A stretch of DNA of 46,923 bases from Macrostomum lignano (Eukaryota). This document shows, piece by piece, positions 1-12,100 of this stretch (its first letter is position 1; every line of letters begins with the position of its first letter). The translations under genes were made by a program, and so were the position numbers. Where the stretch lies: the NCBI GenBank assembly GCA_002269645.1, contig NIVC01002919.1, forward strand, positions 1 through 46,923, written 5' to 3'. The notes beneath the pieces were generated by a model. The model ran no database searches and had not been told where the DNA came from. It saw nothing but the letters and a program-made list of their open reading frames with translations.

Positions 1-2098
1 TCAGCACAGCGCCCATAGAACAGCGCCATAGAACTGCGCCCATAGAACAGCGCCCATAGAACAGCGCCCATAGAACAGCGCCACCAGAAAAGCGCCCATA
101 GAACAGCGCCCATAGAACAGCGCCCATAGAAAAGCGCCCATAGAAAGCGCCACCAGAAAAGCGCCTATAGAACAGCCATAGAACAGCGCCCATAGAACAG
201 CGCCACCAGAAAAGCGCCGTAGAAAAGCGCCCACAGAACAGCGCGCATAGAACACCGCCACAAGAAAAGCGCCCATAGAGCATGCAGCGCCCACAGAACA
301 GCACCCATACAGCAGCGCCCATAGAACAGCGCCCATAGAACAGCGCCCATAGAACTGCGCCCATAGAACAGCACCCATACAGCAGCGCCCATAGAACAGC
401 GCCCATAGAACTGCGCCCATAGAACAGCGCCACCAGAAAAGCGCCCATAGAAAAGCGCCCATAGAACAGCGCCCATAGAACTGCGCCCATAGAACAGCAC
501 CCATACAGCAGCGCCCATAGAACAGCGCCCATAGAACTGCGCCCATAGAACAGCGCCACCAGAAAAGCACCCATAGAACAGCGCCCATAGAACAGCGCCC
601 ATAGAACGGCGCCCATAGAACGGCGCCCATAGAACAGCGCCCATAGAACAGCGCACATAGAACAGCGCCCATAGAATAGTGCCCATAGAACAGCGCCCCT
701 AGAACAGCGCCCATAGAACAGCGCCCATAGAACAGCGCCCCTAGAACAGCGCACATAGAACAGCGCCCATAGAATAGCGCCACCAGAAAAGCGCCCATAG
801 AACAGCGCCACCAGAAAAGCGCCCATAAAAAAGCGCCCATAGAACAGCGCCCATAGAGCAGCGCCCATAGAACAGCGCCCATAGAACAGCGCCCATAGAA
901 CAGCGCCCATAGAACAGCGCCCATAGAAAAGCGCCCACAGAACAGCGCCCATAGAACAGCGCCCATAGAACAGCGCCACAAGAACAGCGCCCATTGAGCA
1001 TGCAGCGTCTATATAACAGCACCCATAGAGCAGCGCCCATACCGGTAGAACAGCGTCCATATAACAGCGCCCGAGCATAGCGCCCATAGAACAGCGCCAC
1101 CAGAAAAGCGCCCATAGAACAGCGCCACCAGAAAAGCGCCCATAGAACAGCGCCCATAGAACTGCGCCATAGAACAGCGCCCATAGAACAGCGCCCATAG
1201 AACAGCGCCACCAGAAAAGCGCCCGTAGAAAAGCGCCCACAGAACAGCGCGCATAGAACACCGCCACAAGAAAAGCGCCCATAGAGCATGCAGCGCCCAC
1301 AGAACAGCACCCATACAGCAGCGCCCATAGAACAGCGCCCATAGAACAGCGCCCATAGAACTGCGCCCATAGAACAGCACCCATACAGCAGCGCCCATAG
1401 AGCAGCGCCCATAGAACAGCGCCCATAGAACAGCGCCCATAGAACAGCGCCCATAGAAAAGCGCCACCAGAAAAGCGCCCATAGAACAGCGCCACCAGAA
1501 AAGCGCCCATAGAAAAGCGCCCATAGAACAGCGCCCATAGAGCAGCGCCCATAGAACAGCGCCCATAGAACAGCGCCCATAGAACAGCGCCCATAGAACA
1601 GCGCCCATAGAAAAGCGCCCACAGAACAGCGCCCATAGAACAGCGCCCATAGAACAGCGCCCATAGAACAGCGCCCATAGAAAAGCGCCCACAGAACAGC
1701 GCCCATAGAACAGCGCCCATAGAACAGCGCCACAAGAACAGCGCCCATTGAGCATGCAGCGTCCATATAACAGCACCCATAGAGCAGCGCCCATACCGGT
1801 AGAACAGCGTCCATATAACAGCGCCCGAGCATAGCGCCCATAGAACAGCGCCACCAGAAAAGCACCCATAGAACAGCGCCCATAGAACAGCGCCCATAGA
1901 ACGGCTCCCATAGAACGGCGCCCATAGAACAGCGCCCATAGAACAGCGCACATAGAACAGCGCCCATAGAATAGCGCCCATAGAACAGCGCCCACAGAAC
2001 AGCGCCCATAGAACAGCGCCCATAGAAAAGCGCCCATAGAACAGCGCCCATAGAACAGCGCCCATAGAACAGCGCCCATAGAACAGCGCCCATAGAAC
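1..2098. repeat. 14-bp tandem satellite, consensus CAGCGCCCATAGAA, ~150 copies, open at the left window edge
   Basis: Direct reading of a 14-bp period with recurring variants (AAGCGCCC, CTGCGCCC, CACCAGAA, GAGCATGC). A degenerate last copy CAGCGCCCAG lies at ~2112-2121. Confidence 0.98.
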
Positions 2099-3005
2099 AT
2101 CACCAACCGCACAGCGCCCAGTTTAACGACTCCATCTCTCTATTTTAGAAAATTCCCAACATAAAACAATCCATTAAGTACCAGCAGAATATGAGTGATT
2201 TGCTCATTATTACTGTGAGGGAGCATGGAAAGGACCTGGGCCATTGCACCACCATGCCACCATTTTCCTGAACATTTTTTTGGCCTCCGCGGGTGGTCCG
2301 TCAGGGATTCATGCCCTGGAGTTCCAGTTAGAGAACAGCATCAGCAGGCAAGTGCATGCCTGGTGTGACAACAAAGCGTGGGATGTCGCGGTGCCCCACT
2401 GAGAGCTCGGAGTCGGCAGATAAGGGCGACCCATTGTTGCGATGCGGTAACCCGCTGCTTCGAGTGCCGCATAGCGGTGAGAAAAGTTTTAACAGAGGCT
2501 CTCAACTTACCAAAGCAGCGGGGGCCGGAGGAAAAGGAGCAGTTAAATTTGGCTCATCAATTCGTCAGCAAAGTTTTTTGTCCAGGTTAGATAGGGGCTG
2601 TAGGGTCACCTGCTCATATTTATAATTGGCTAGTGGGTGTGGCAAGTGGTAATTATTACTATCGTATCAAGATTGAAAAATGACACCCCGAAAACATCTC
2701 TCTGCAGCCCGCATTGGTTGGAGCGTTTTAGGACCATATTGGGATGTGCGTCCATATTTTGAATTGAGAAAAATCGAGGAACGTACAATGTTCTTTATTG
2801 TACCATGTGTGCATTTTGCAGCTCAGGGTACAGTTTGGGAATAATGAGGCTGTGGATCTAAAATGACATCTATCCATCTAAAAAGCGCATGTAAAAGAAT
2901 TCCGTGGTCGCCCACATCAAAATCCATCTTCAAATGCTCGCTTTTAGGTCTTGAATTCGAACTCATTCACAACCAGCTGTTCCTCACGCACCGTCACCCC
3001 AGCAG

Positions 3006-3586
3006 GCTCTGGCCAAATCCAGCTCTGGCAGTTTCTACTGGAGCTGCTCTCCGACAACCGCAACTCCGCCTGCATCGCCTGGGAGGGCACCAACGGCGAA
3101 TTCAAGCTCGCCGACCCAGACGAGGTGGCCCGTCGATGGGGCGAGCGCAAGTCCAAGCCCAACATGAACTACGACAAGCTGAGCCGGGCGCTGCGCTACT
3201 ACTACGACAAGAACATCATGTCGAAGGTGCACGGCAAGCGCTACGCTTACAAGTTTGACTTTGCCGGCCTCGCTCAGGCGATGCAGCCGCCTCAAGCTGC
3301 CGACCCGTCCACGGCCGCCGCCGCCTACAAGTACCAGCAGCAGTACCAGCAGGAACTGCTGGTCGGCTCCGCCGGCTATTTTGCCGCCGCAGCCGCGACC
3401 AACGGCAAGCTGAACAACTTCTGCGGCATGATGGGCGGTGCTGCCGGATTCTTCCCTGGCAACAGCGTTGGTGGCTACTCCTCCTGGGCCGCCGCCGCCG
3501 GCAATCAGTCGGCTGCCGCCGCCGCCGCCGCATCGCTGTACCACCCGAACATCTCCGGCTACCCAGGCGCGCAATACTATGCCTAG
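3006..3586 (+). CDS. ERG: Terminal coding exon of an ERG/FLI1/FEV-subfamily ETS transcription factor (5' exons not identified in the window)
   Basis: Translation [17 protein letters not shown]...[61 protein letters not shown] is nearly identical to the ERG/FLI1 ETS domain. The Ala/Gly-rich tail has YKY, KLNNF and terminal YYA, like the ERG/FLI1 C-terminus. The CAG acceptor at 3003-3005 gives a phase-1 entry (G|GC), as I recall for the vertebrate last exon. TAG stop at 3584-3586. The symbol denotes the subfamily, not one-to-one orthology. Confidence 0.95.
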
Positions 3587-3729
3587 GACAGTGAAATGTT
3601 TGAATCACAAAACCCCGGAGTAAAAATCCTCTTTAGCAGTCTGGTTCAGAGACTTACAGCAGCACATAAGCAAGTTTCTGGGTCATTTTTTACCATTTCA
3701 ATACCATGAACCAAAATAGGTCACTCTCC

Positions 3730-3768
3730 AATAGAATAGAATAAAATAGAATAGAATAGAAATAGAAT
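3730..3768 (+). repeat. (AATAG)n microsatellite in the putative ETS 3' UTR
   Basis: aatagaatagaataaaatagaatagaatagaaatagaat read directly. Confidence 0.85.
3740..3745 (+). promoter_or_regulatory. Candidate polyadenylation signal AATAAA for the ETS gene
   Basis: First AATAAA I saw after the stop codon, ~155 nt downstream, formed by a G>A variant within the AATAG repeat. Use is inferred. Confidence 0.35.
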
Positions 3769-3908
3769 CTCTATCAGTCTATCCGCAAAGTTATCAATTG
3801 GCACTTCTCTCTACAGAACTTTAAAGACACTCTTAAATCGTTACATTTTCCAACAGAGGTCCTGTCTGTTTACAAAAAAATAGTTCGACCAAACTACGAA
3901 CATTGAGC

Positions 3909-3992
3909 GGGCCGGATTGCTAGTGTGAAGTTTTAAAGGACCCCGAGGGCCGGATAGAGAGGCTTCGTGGTCGGGAGTTTGCCGAACCCCTG
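3909..3992. mobile_element. Right-end fragment of a hAT (Charlie/MER58-like) DNA transposon or MITE
   Basis: AGTTTGCCGAACCCCTG at 3976-3992 (reverse complement CAGGGGTTCGGCAAACT) resembles hAT-Charlie termini of the CAGGGGTCGGCAAACT type. Subterminal GGGCCGGAT motifs at 3909 and 3947. No left TIR or 8-bp TSD found. Confidence 0.55.
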
Positions 3993-5723
3993 GTTGCTTC
4001 AATTGAGTTGCTACTCCATGTCGAGGGTCTGCCTGGTGTAGAACAGCAGCTGGGCTTTGTTGGCAAGCAAAAATTTTTGTTCCCTTTTGCGTTTTTACTG
4101 AATTTCCTTATGTTTTGAATTCGAGTTTCTGAATTTGCTTTTTCGTGTCTCGTAGGACTATTTTTGGCAACAATATCCCATTTATAGCCTCGGTTCACAT
4201 CATGCTGATTAATTTCTCTGACTTCAAAAATTAATGTTAGTGATTTCGGGGCTTTGTCAGTGACTTGGTCTTCGGAAGAGTGACCTCTGCCTCTCTTTCT
4301 GCTTCTTCCGTCTATTGTGTTTTTTTACTAAGAACCAAACGGTGTCCCCGTGAGAGACCCATGATTAAAGCAATTTTTGTTGACAATAACCTACCTGCTC
4401 ACCAAGAGTCCAATGCTCACTTGTTTAGCCTGGCTTTAAATACTCGGTTTTGTCACCTGCGGATTGAAATTTGTAGCTTGTTCTGTAAATAAAATTGCTC
4501 AGTTTTCAAGTTTGCAATTAAAAAAATTGACTCCAAGCATTCTTCTTCTGTTCGGTTGGCTCAGTGCCAAGTCAACAGGCTCTAAGAAGGGCAGCATGTC
4601 GAAAAGGATTTTCGCCTACAAGAGACGACACGTGCGAAAATACCCATTGAAAATTAGTCAGTCTGGAAATCTTTTATATAGCTGTAAAAAATTAGAAACT
4701 GAATTAAAGAGATTTTTTGTTAATGTGAAGTGATTGTTGGTTAGCAATTTATAAGGGGGCACTTAATGCTGCGGAGACGTTGTCATGGTTGCTACAAGTA
4801 TAATTACATGTAGTTTCAGAGAGCTTTGCAATAAAAAAAGATCTTAGAGTGATTGCCTTATCGGGACCAGGGACGTTTAAACTACGAGTTAGAAGCCTGG
4901 ATTGGGAATTTTGTTTTTGAAGAGGGCCGTTCTTGCCGTAAAATTTCAAATTTTCCCTTGTTGACAGAAGTTGCTGTTAACGACATCGAGAGCTGGAAAG
5001 TGGAAAGCATGCAACGAAAAATATCATTTTTGGAGTGCAATGTATTAAATGTTTGAATTTTTTGTAGAAAACTTTCTGGATACTTCAGATTGATAGAAAT
5101 TAGGTAATTATTAAATAAAATATGCAAAGATAAGTATTAATAAAATCGAGAAATTTAACCACGATTCTCTTGCTGCCAGTCCAGATTCTATCTTCAGAAC
5201 TCCCTGGTTGAATCAAAGCTAACTTGCGTTGCCTTCTTCCCCCAAGAACACGCGGTTCCCTACGATGTGGCACTCCCACTCCTCCCCTCATCCTCTCTCC
5301 TCGCTGTGCTCGCACAGGTAAATAGAGGTTGTGAGGCATTAAAATTGTGTAATTAGCTTCCTCAGTCCTTGACGAGATCCATTACTGCACCTAGCTCTGG
5401 GGAGCAAATGTCGAGCCCTTGAGGCCTTCTCTTTCTTTCCTTCCTCCTTTCTTCATGTGATGACTATGTTAGATTATTATTAAGGCATACGGTATAAAGA
5501 CAGACTCAGGCCAGAGCAGGACATCGCGCTTGTATCAGGCAGCCATGCGCAGGCTTTAATGAGAGAGTCAGAAATGATTGGACCGGCACCCGTATTTGAC
5601 CGTGATTTTGGATAGCATAATTATGAGACTTTTAATTTGAGGAAGAGCATGGTTATGGTGGATGAAATAAATGAAATTTGGGCTCTTGATGATTCATTTT
5701 TGATGACATTCTATAAGAGGAGT

Positions 5724-7965
5724 GAATCTCCGTATTTAGATTCCTTTGGATGGGCGATTCTCTCCTTATTTAGATTCTTGCAGATGGGCGATTCTCTCCT
5801 TATTTAGATTCTTGCAGATGGGCGATTCTCCGTATTTAGATTCTTGCAGATGGGCGATTCTCTCCTTATCTAGATTCCTGCAGATGGGCGATTCTCTCCT
5901 TATTTAGATTCCTACAGATGAGCGATTCTCTCCGTATTTAGATTCTTGCAGATGGGCGATTCTCTCCTTATTTAGATTCCTGCAGATGAGCGATTCTCTC
6001 CGTATTTAGATTCTTGCAGATGGGCGATTCTCTCCGTATTTAGATTCCTGCAGATGAGCGATTCTCTCCTTATTTAGATTCTTGCAGATGGGCGATTCTC
6101 CGTATTTAGATTCTTGCAGATGGGCGATTCTCTCCTTATTTAGATTCCTGCAGATGGGCGATTCTCCGTATTTAGATTCCTGCAGATGGGCGATTCTCCG
6201 TATTTAGATTCCTGTGGATGGGCGATTCTCTCCTTATTTAGATTCCTGCAGATGGGCGATTCTCTCCTTATTTAGATTCTTGCAGATGGGCGATTCTCTC
6301 CTTATTTAGATTCTTGCAGATGGGCGATTCTCTCCGTATTTAGATTCTTGCAGATGAGCGATTCTCTCCGTATTTAGATTCCTGCAGATGGGCGATTCTC
6401 TCCTTATTTAGATTCTTGCAGATGGGCGATTCTCTCCTTATTTAGATTCTTGCAGATGGGCGATTCTCTCCTTATTTAGATTCCTGCAGATGGGCGATTC
6501 TCTCCTTATTTAGATTCCTACAGATGAGCGATTCTCTCCTTATTTAGATTCCTGCAGATGGGCGATTCTCCGTATTTAGATTCTTGCAGATGGGCGATTC
6601 TCTCCTTATTTAGATTCTTGCAGATGGGCGATTCTCTCCGTATTTAGATTCTTGCAGATGAGCGATTCTCCGTATTTAGATTCCTGCAGATGGGCGATTC
6701 TCTCCTTATTTAGATTCTTGCAGATGGGCGATTCTCCGTATTTAGATTCTTGCAGATGAGCGATTCTCTCCGTATTTAGATTCTTGCAGATGGGCGATTC
6801 TCTCCTTATTTAGATTCTTGCAGATGGGCGATTCTCTCCTTATTTAGATTCTTGCAGATGGGCGATTCTCCGTATTTAGATTCTTGCAGATGGGCGATTC
6901 TCTCCTTATTTAGATTCTTGCAGATGGGCGATTCTCCGTATTTAGATTCTTGCAGATGAGCGATTCTCTCCTTATTTAGATTCTTGCAGATGGGCGATTC
7001 TCTCCTTATTTAGATTCTTGCAGATGGGCGATTCTCTCCTTATTTAGATTCCTGCAGATGAGCGATTCTCTCCTTATTTAGATTCCTGCAGATGGGCGAT
7101 TCTCCGTATTTAGATTCCTGCAGATGGGCGATTCTCCGTATTTAGATTCTTGCAGATGGGCGATTCTCTCCGTATTTAGATTCCTGCAGATGGGCGATTC
7201 TCTCCTTATTTAGATTCCTGCAGATGGGCGATTCTCTCCTTATTTAGATTCTTGCAGATGGGCGATTCTCCGTATTTAGATTTCTGCAGATGGGCGATTC
7301 TCCGTATTTAGATTCTTGCAGATGGGCGATTCTCCGTATTTAGATTCTTGCAGATGAGCAATTCTCCGTATTTAGATTCTTGCAGATGGGCGATTCTCCG
7401 TATTTAGATTCCTGCAGATGGGCGATTCTCCGTATTTAGATTCCTGCAGATGGGCGATTCTCTCCGTATTTAGATTCTTGCAGATGGGCGATTCTCTCCG
7501 TATTTAGATTCTTGCAGATGGGCGATTCTCTCCGTATTTAGATTCTTGCAGATGGGCGATTCTCTCCGTATTTAGATTCTTGCAGATGGGCGATTCTCTC
7601 CTTATTTAGATTCTTGCAGATGGGCGATTCTCCGTATTTAGATTCTTGCAGATGGGCGATTCTCTCCGTATTTAGATTCCTGCAGATGGGCGATTCTCTC
7701 CGTATTTAGATTCTTGCAGATGGGCGATTCTCTCCGTATTTAGATTCTTGCAGATGGGCGATTCTCCGTATTTAGATTCTTGCAGATGGGCGATTCTCTC
7801 CGTATTTAGATTCCTGCAGATGGGCGATTCTCTCCGTATTTAGATTCCTGCAGATGGGCGATTCTCTCCGTATTTAGATTCTTGCAGATGAGCGATTCTC
7901 TCCGTATTTAGATTCTTGCAGATGGGCGATTCTCTCCGTATTTAGATTCCTGCAGATGGGCGATT
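5724..7965. repeat. 34/32-bp minisatellite, consensus GATGGGCGATTCTCTCC(T/G)TATTTAGATTC(T/C)TGCA, ~67 copies
   Basis: Direct reading. Units are contiguous with no spacers, and 32-bp units lack one CT. Confidence 0.98.
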
Positions 7966-9127
7966 TTCCAAACCAAGTTGGATTCCGTGAGCCGAAGGGC
8001 ATTTGACAAGCCATGAAAGAGAAGCGTCACAATTATTTCAGAATTAAGATTGGTGATCAACGTTTAAAATAAAAAGAACGTCTTTCCGATCGTCCATTAT
8101 TCATCAAGGTTGTTTTTTGTTAACTGTCGAACGTTTCTGTTAATCTAATTGAACAATGACGCAACTGCTACGGATGGGGGTCTTTGATTTCCGAGTTCTT
8201 CATCAGTCGCGTGCAGCATTCATTCAATGCGCCCACCGGCTCGGCCAACAAGGACCTTTAAAATCGCCGGATTGGAAGGCGAGTAGAGAAAATGGATTTT
8301 ATTTTCCTCTTAGCAATAAACAGATATATGGGAGTTCATTTTTTATTGAGTGCATTTCAGCAACAAGATATACGAATAGGTTCAAAACTTTTTCATGATT
8401 TTTGACTCCCTTGTGACACCCTGGATCCGTCACTGTGTACATATTATTTGAAGTAAAACGACCCCTAGTTCGATGTAAAATAATCAGCGTCCAGTCCAAT
8501 CGTTTTCTTATAATTCGTGGTCCATGGACACGGACTCGAATCATCAGAATCGGGCGCCGCCAGCAGCCACGTGACCTAGCAGGCGCCTTAATTTCCTGTG
8601 CCGGTCGATCGAGTTCTCATTTGCCGCAATCAAACTGCTATGAACAGATAACCATTAACGCATGCCAAACTTCGGAAGCTTATCAAGAAATTCAAATAAA
8701 CCGCAGGGTGCTTCGAACTGGCGATTTTTTCATAATTGCCGGCCGAGAAATATTAGCTCGAATTACACACTCAAACCCACCCCCGTGTTGTCAGCATTAA
8801 GACAGCTGATGTCGTGCGGGGCCACCATGCAGTGTCTTTGGAGGAGTTTTGTTCTTGTCTAACATTTCCTTTGTTGCGGCTGAGTCATCGAGGTTAACAT
8901 TATATTAATAATGAAAATATTTGTAGGAGGTATTTGTAGCCTCCTTTGGTTGGCACTCGTTCTCCGGGGGTAGCTTAATTATATCCTCGTTTCTGTGAGA
9001 AAATTGAATTTTATGGCATACGAGCCAATGCGCTGTTTCATGTCTTTGCAAGCGTTCTTACTACACTACTTATTTAGCATTAATAGTAGAAAAGTTTGGG
9101 AGCATCACAATTTTGCGACAAAAAAGA

Positions 9128-12100
9128 AGGAATTTTACATAAGTAGCTTAGTGTTGTCATGAGTAGCTTAGAGTTGTCATGAGTAGCTTAGGATTGTCAT
9201 AGTAGCTTAGTGTTGTCATAAGTAGCTTAGAGTTGTCATGAGTAGCTTAGAGTTGTCATGAGTAGCTTAGGATTGTCATAGTAGCTTAGTGTTGTCATAA
9301 GTAGCTTAGAGTTGTCATGAGTAGCTTAGGATTTTCATGAGTAGCTTAGAGTTGTTATGAATAGCTTAGGATTTTCATAAGTAGCTTAGAGTTGTTATGA
9401 ATAGCTTAGAGTTGCCATGAGTAGCTTAGGATTTTGATGAGTAGCTTAGAGTTGTCATGAGTAGCTTAGAGTTGTCATGAGTAGCTTAGAGTTGTCATGA
9501 GTAGCTTAGGATTTTCATGAGTAGCTTAGAGTTGTGATGAGTAGCTTAGAGTTGTCATGAGTAGCTTAGGATTTTCATGAGTAGCTTAGTGTTGTCATGA
9601 GTAGCTTAGAGTTGTCATGAGTAGCTTAGAGTTGTCATGAGTAGCTTAGGATTTTGATGAGTAGCTTAGAGTTGTGATGAGTAGCTTAGAGTTGTCATGA
9701 GTAGCTTAGAGTTGTCATGAGTAGCTTAGAGTTGTCATGAGTAGCTTAGAGTTGTCATGAGTAGCTTAGGATTTTCATGAGTAGCTTAGAGTTGTTATGA
9801 ATAGCTTAGGATTTTCATAAGTAGCTTAGAGTTGTTATGAATAGCTTAGAGTTGTCATGAGTAGCTTAGAGTTGTCATGAGTAGCTTAGGATTTTGATGA
9901 GTAGCTTAGAGTTGTGATGAGTAGCTTAGAGTTGTCATGAGTAGCTTAGAGTTGTCATGAGTAGCTTAGAGTTGTCATGAGTAGCTTAGAGTTGTCATGA
10001 GTAGCTTAGGATTTTCATGAGTAGCTTAGAGTTGTTATGAATAGCTTAGGATTTTCATAAGTAGCTTAGAGTTGTTATGAATAGCTTAGAGTTGTCATGA
10101 GTAGCTTAGAGTTGTCATGAGTAGCTTAGGATTTTCATGAGTAGCTTAGAGTTGTGATGAGTAGCTTAGAGTTGTCATGAGTAGCTTAGGATTTTCATGA
10201 GTAGCTTAGTGTTGTCATGAGTAGCTTAGAGTTGTCATGAGTAGCTTAGAGTTGTCATGAGTAGCTTAGGATTTTGATGAGTAGCTTAGAGTTGTGATGA
10301 GTAGCTTAGAGTTGTCATGAGTAGCTTAGAGTTGTCATGAGTAGCTTAGAGTTGTCATGAGTAGCTTAGAGTTGTCATGAGTAGCTTAGGATTTTCATGA
10401 GTAGCTTAGAGTTGTTATGAATAGCTTAGGATTTTCATAAGTAGCTTAGAGTTGTTATGAATAGCTTAGAGTTGTCATGAGTAGCTTAGAGTTGTCATGA
10501 GTAGCTTAGGATTTTGATGAGTAGCTTAGAGTTGTGATGAGTAGCTTAGAGTTGTCATGAGTAGCTTAGAGTTGTCATGAGTAGCTTAGAGTTGTCATGA
10601 GTAGCTTAGAGTTGTCATGAGTAGCTTAGGATTTTCATGAGTAGCTTAGAGTTGTTATGAATAGCTTAGGATTTTCATAAGTAGCTTAGAGTTGTTATGA
10701 ATAGCTTAGAGTTGTCATGAGTAGCTTAGAGTTGTCATGAGTAGCTTAGGGTTGTCATGAGTAGCTTAGAGTTGTCATGAGTAGCTTAGGGTTGTCATGA
10801 GTAGCTTAGAGTTGTTATGAGTAGCTTAGGGTTGCCGTGAGCAGCTTAGGGTTGTCATGAGAGGGTTGCCGTGAGCAGCTTAGAGTTGTCATGAGTAGCT
10901 TAGAGTTGTCATGAGTAGCTTAGGATTGTCATAGTAGCTTAGTGTTGTCATAAGTAGCTTAGAGTTGTCATGAGTAGCTTAGGATTTTCATGAGTAGCTT
11001 AGAGTTGTTATGAATAGCTTAGGATTTTCATAAGTAGCTTAGAGTTGTTATGAATAGCTTAGAGTTGTCATGAGTAGCTAAGAGTTGTCATGAGTAGCTT
11101 AGAGTTGTCATGAGTAGCTTAGAGTTGTCATGAGTAGCTTAGAGTTGTCATGAGTAGCTTAGAGTTGTCATGAGTAGCTTAGGATTTTCATGAGTAGCTT
11201 AGAGTTGTGATGAGTAGCTTAGAGTTGTCATGAGTAGCTTAGGATTTTCATGAGTAGCTTAGTGTTGTCATGACTAGCTTAGAGTTGTCATGAGTAGCTT
11301 AGAGTTGTCATGAGTAGCTTAGGATTTTCATGAGTAGCTTAGAGTTGTGATGAGTAGCTTAGAGTTGTCATGAGTAGCTTAGGATTTTGATGAGTAGCTT
11401 AGAGTTGTCATGAGTAGCTTAGAGTTGTCATGAGTAGCTTAGAGTTGTCATGAGTAGCTTAGTGTTGTCATGAGTAGCTTAGGGTTGTCATGAGTAGCTT
11501 AGGGTTGTCATGAGTAGCTTAGAGTTGTCATGAGTAGCTTAGGGTTGTCATGAGTAGCTTAGAGTTGTTATGAGTAGCTTAGGGTTGCCGTGAGCAGCTT
11601 AGGGTTGTCATGAGAGGGTTGCCGTGAGCAGCTTAGAGTTGTCATGAGTAGCTTAGTGTTGTCATGAGTAGCTTAGAGTTGTCATGAGTAGCTTAGGATT
11701 GTCATAGTAGCTTAGTGTTGTCATAAGTAGCTTAGAGTTGTCATGAGTAGCTTAGGATTTTCATGAGTAGCTTAGAGTTGTTATGAATAGCTTAGGATTT
11801 TCATAAGTAGCTTAGAGTTGTTATGAATAGCTTAGAGTTGTCATGAGTAGCTAAGAGTTGTCATGAGTAGCTTAGGATTTTGATGAGTAGCTTAGAGTTG
11901 TCATGAGTAGCTTAGAGTTGTCATGAGTAGCTTAGAGTTGTCATGAGTAGCTTAGGATTTTCATGAGTAGCTTAGAGTTGTGATGAGTAGCTTAGAGTTG
12001 TCATGAGTAGCTTAGGATTTTCATGAGTAGCTTAGTGTTGTCATGAGTAGCTTAGAGTTGTCATGAGTAGCTTAGAGTTGTCATGAGTAGCTTAGGATTT

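Noticed and set aside
1-2112. Long minus-strand ORFs (326, 173, 450 and 367 aa) with MGAVLWALFYGRCS repeats
   Set aside because: They are translations of the 14-bp satellite. Three units (42 bp) give a 14-aa period and all frames yield the same peptide, so they are not genes.
2356-2625. Short ORFs upstream of the ETS exon as possible earlier ERG exons
   Set aside because: No PNT domain or DPYQILGPTSSRL-like linker, and no convincing splice pair.
3035-3608. Antisense and alternative-frame ORFs over the ETS exon
   Set aside because: Shadow ORFs of GC-rich, GCC-repeat coding sequence.
4265-5339. Several 66-92 aa ORFs in the AT-rich spacer
   Set aside because: No recognisable transposase, RT or other motif; lengths are as expected by chance.
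5724-7965. 34-bp repeat as a CRISPR array
   Set aside because: Units are head-to-tail with no unique spacers, there are no cas genes, and the context is eukaryotic.
8568-8599. E-box CACGTGAC next to an ETS site (ATTTCCTGT, reverse complement ACAGGAAAT) as an autoregulatory enhancer
   Set aside because: Short motifs occur often by chance and there is no conservation or chromatin evidence.
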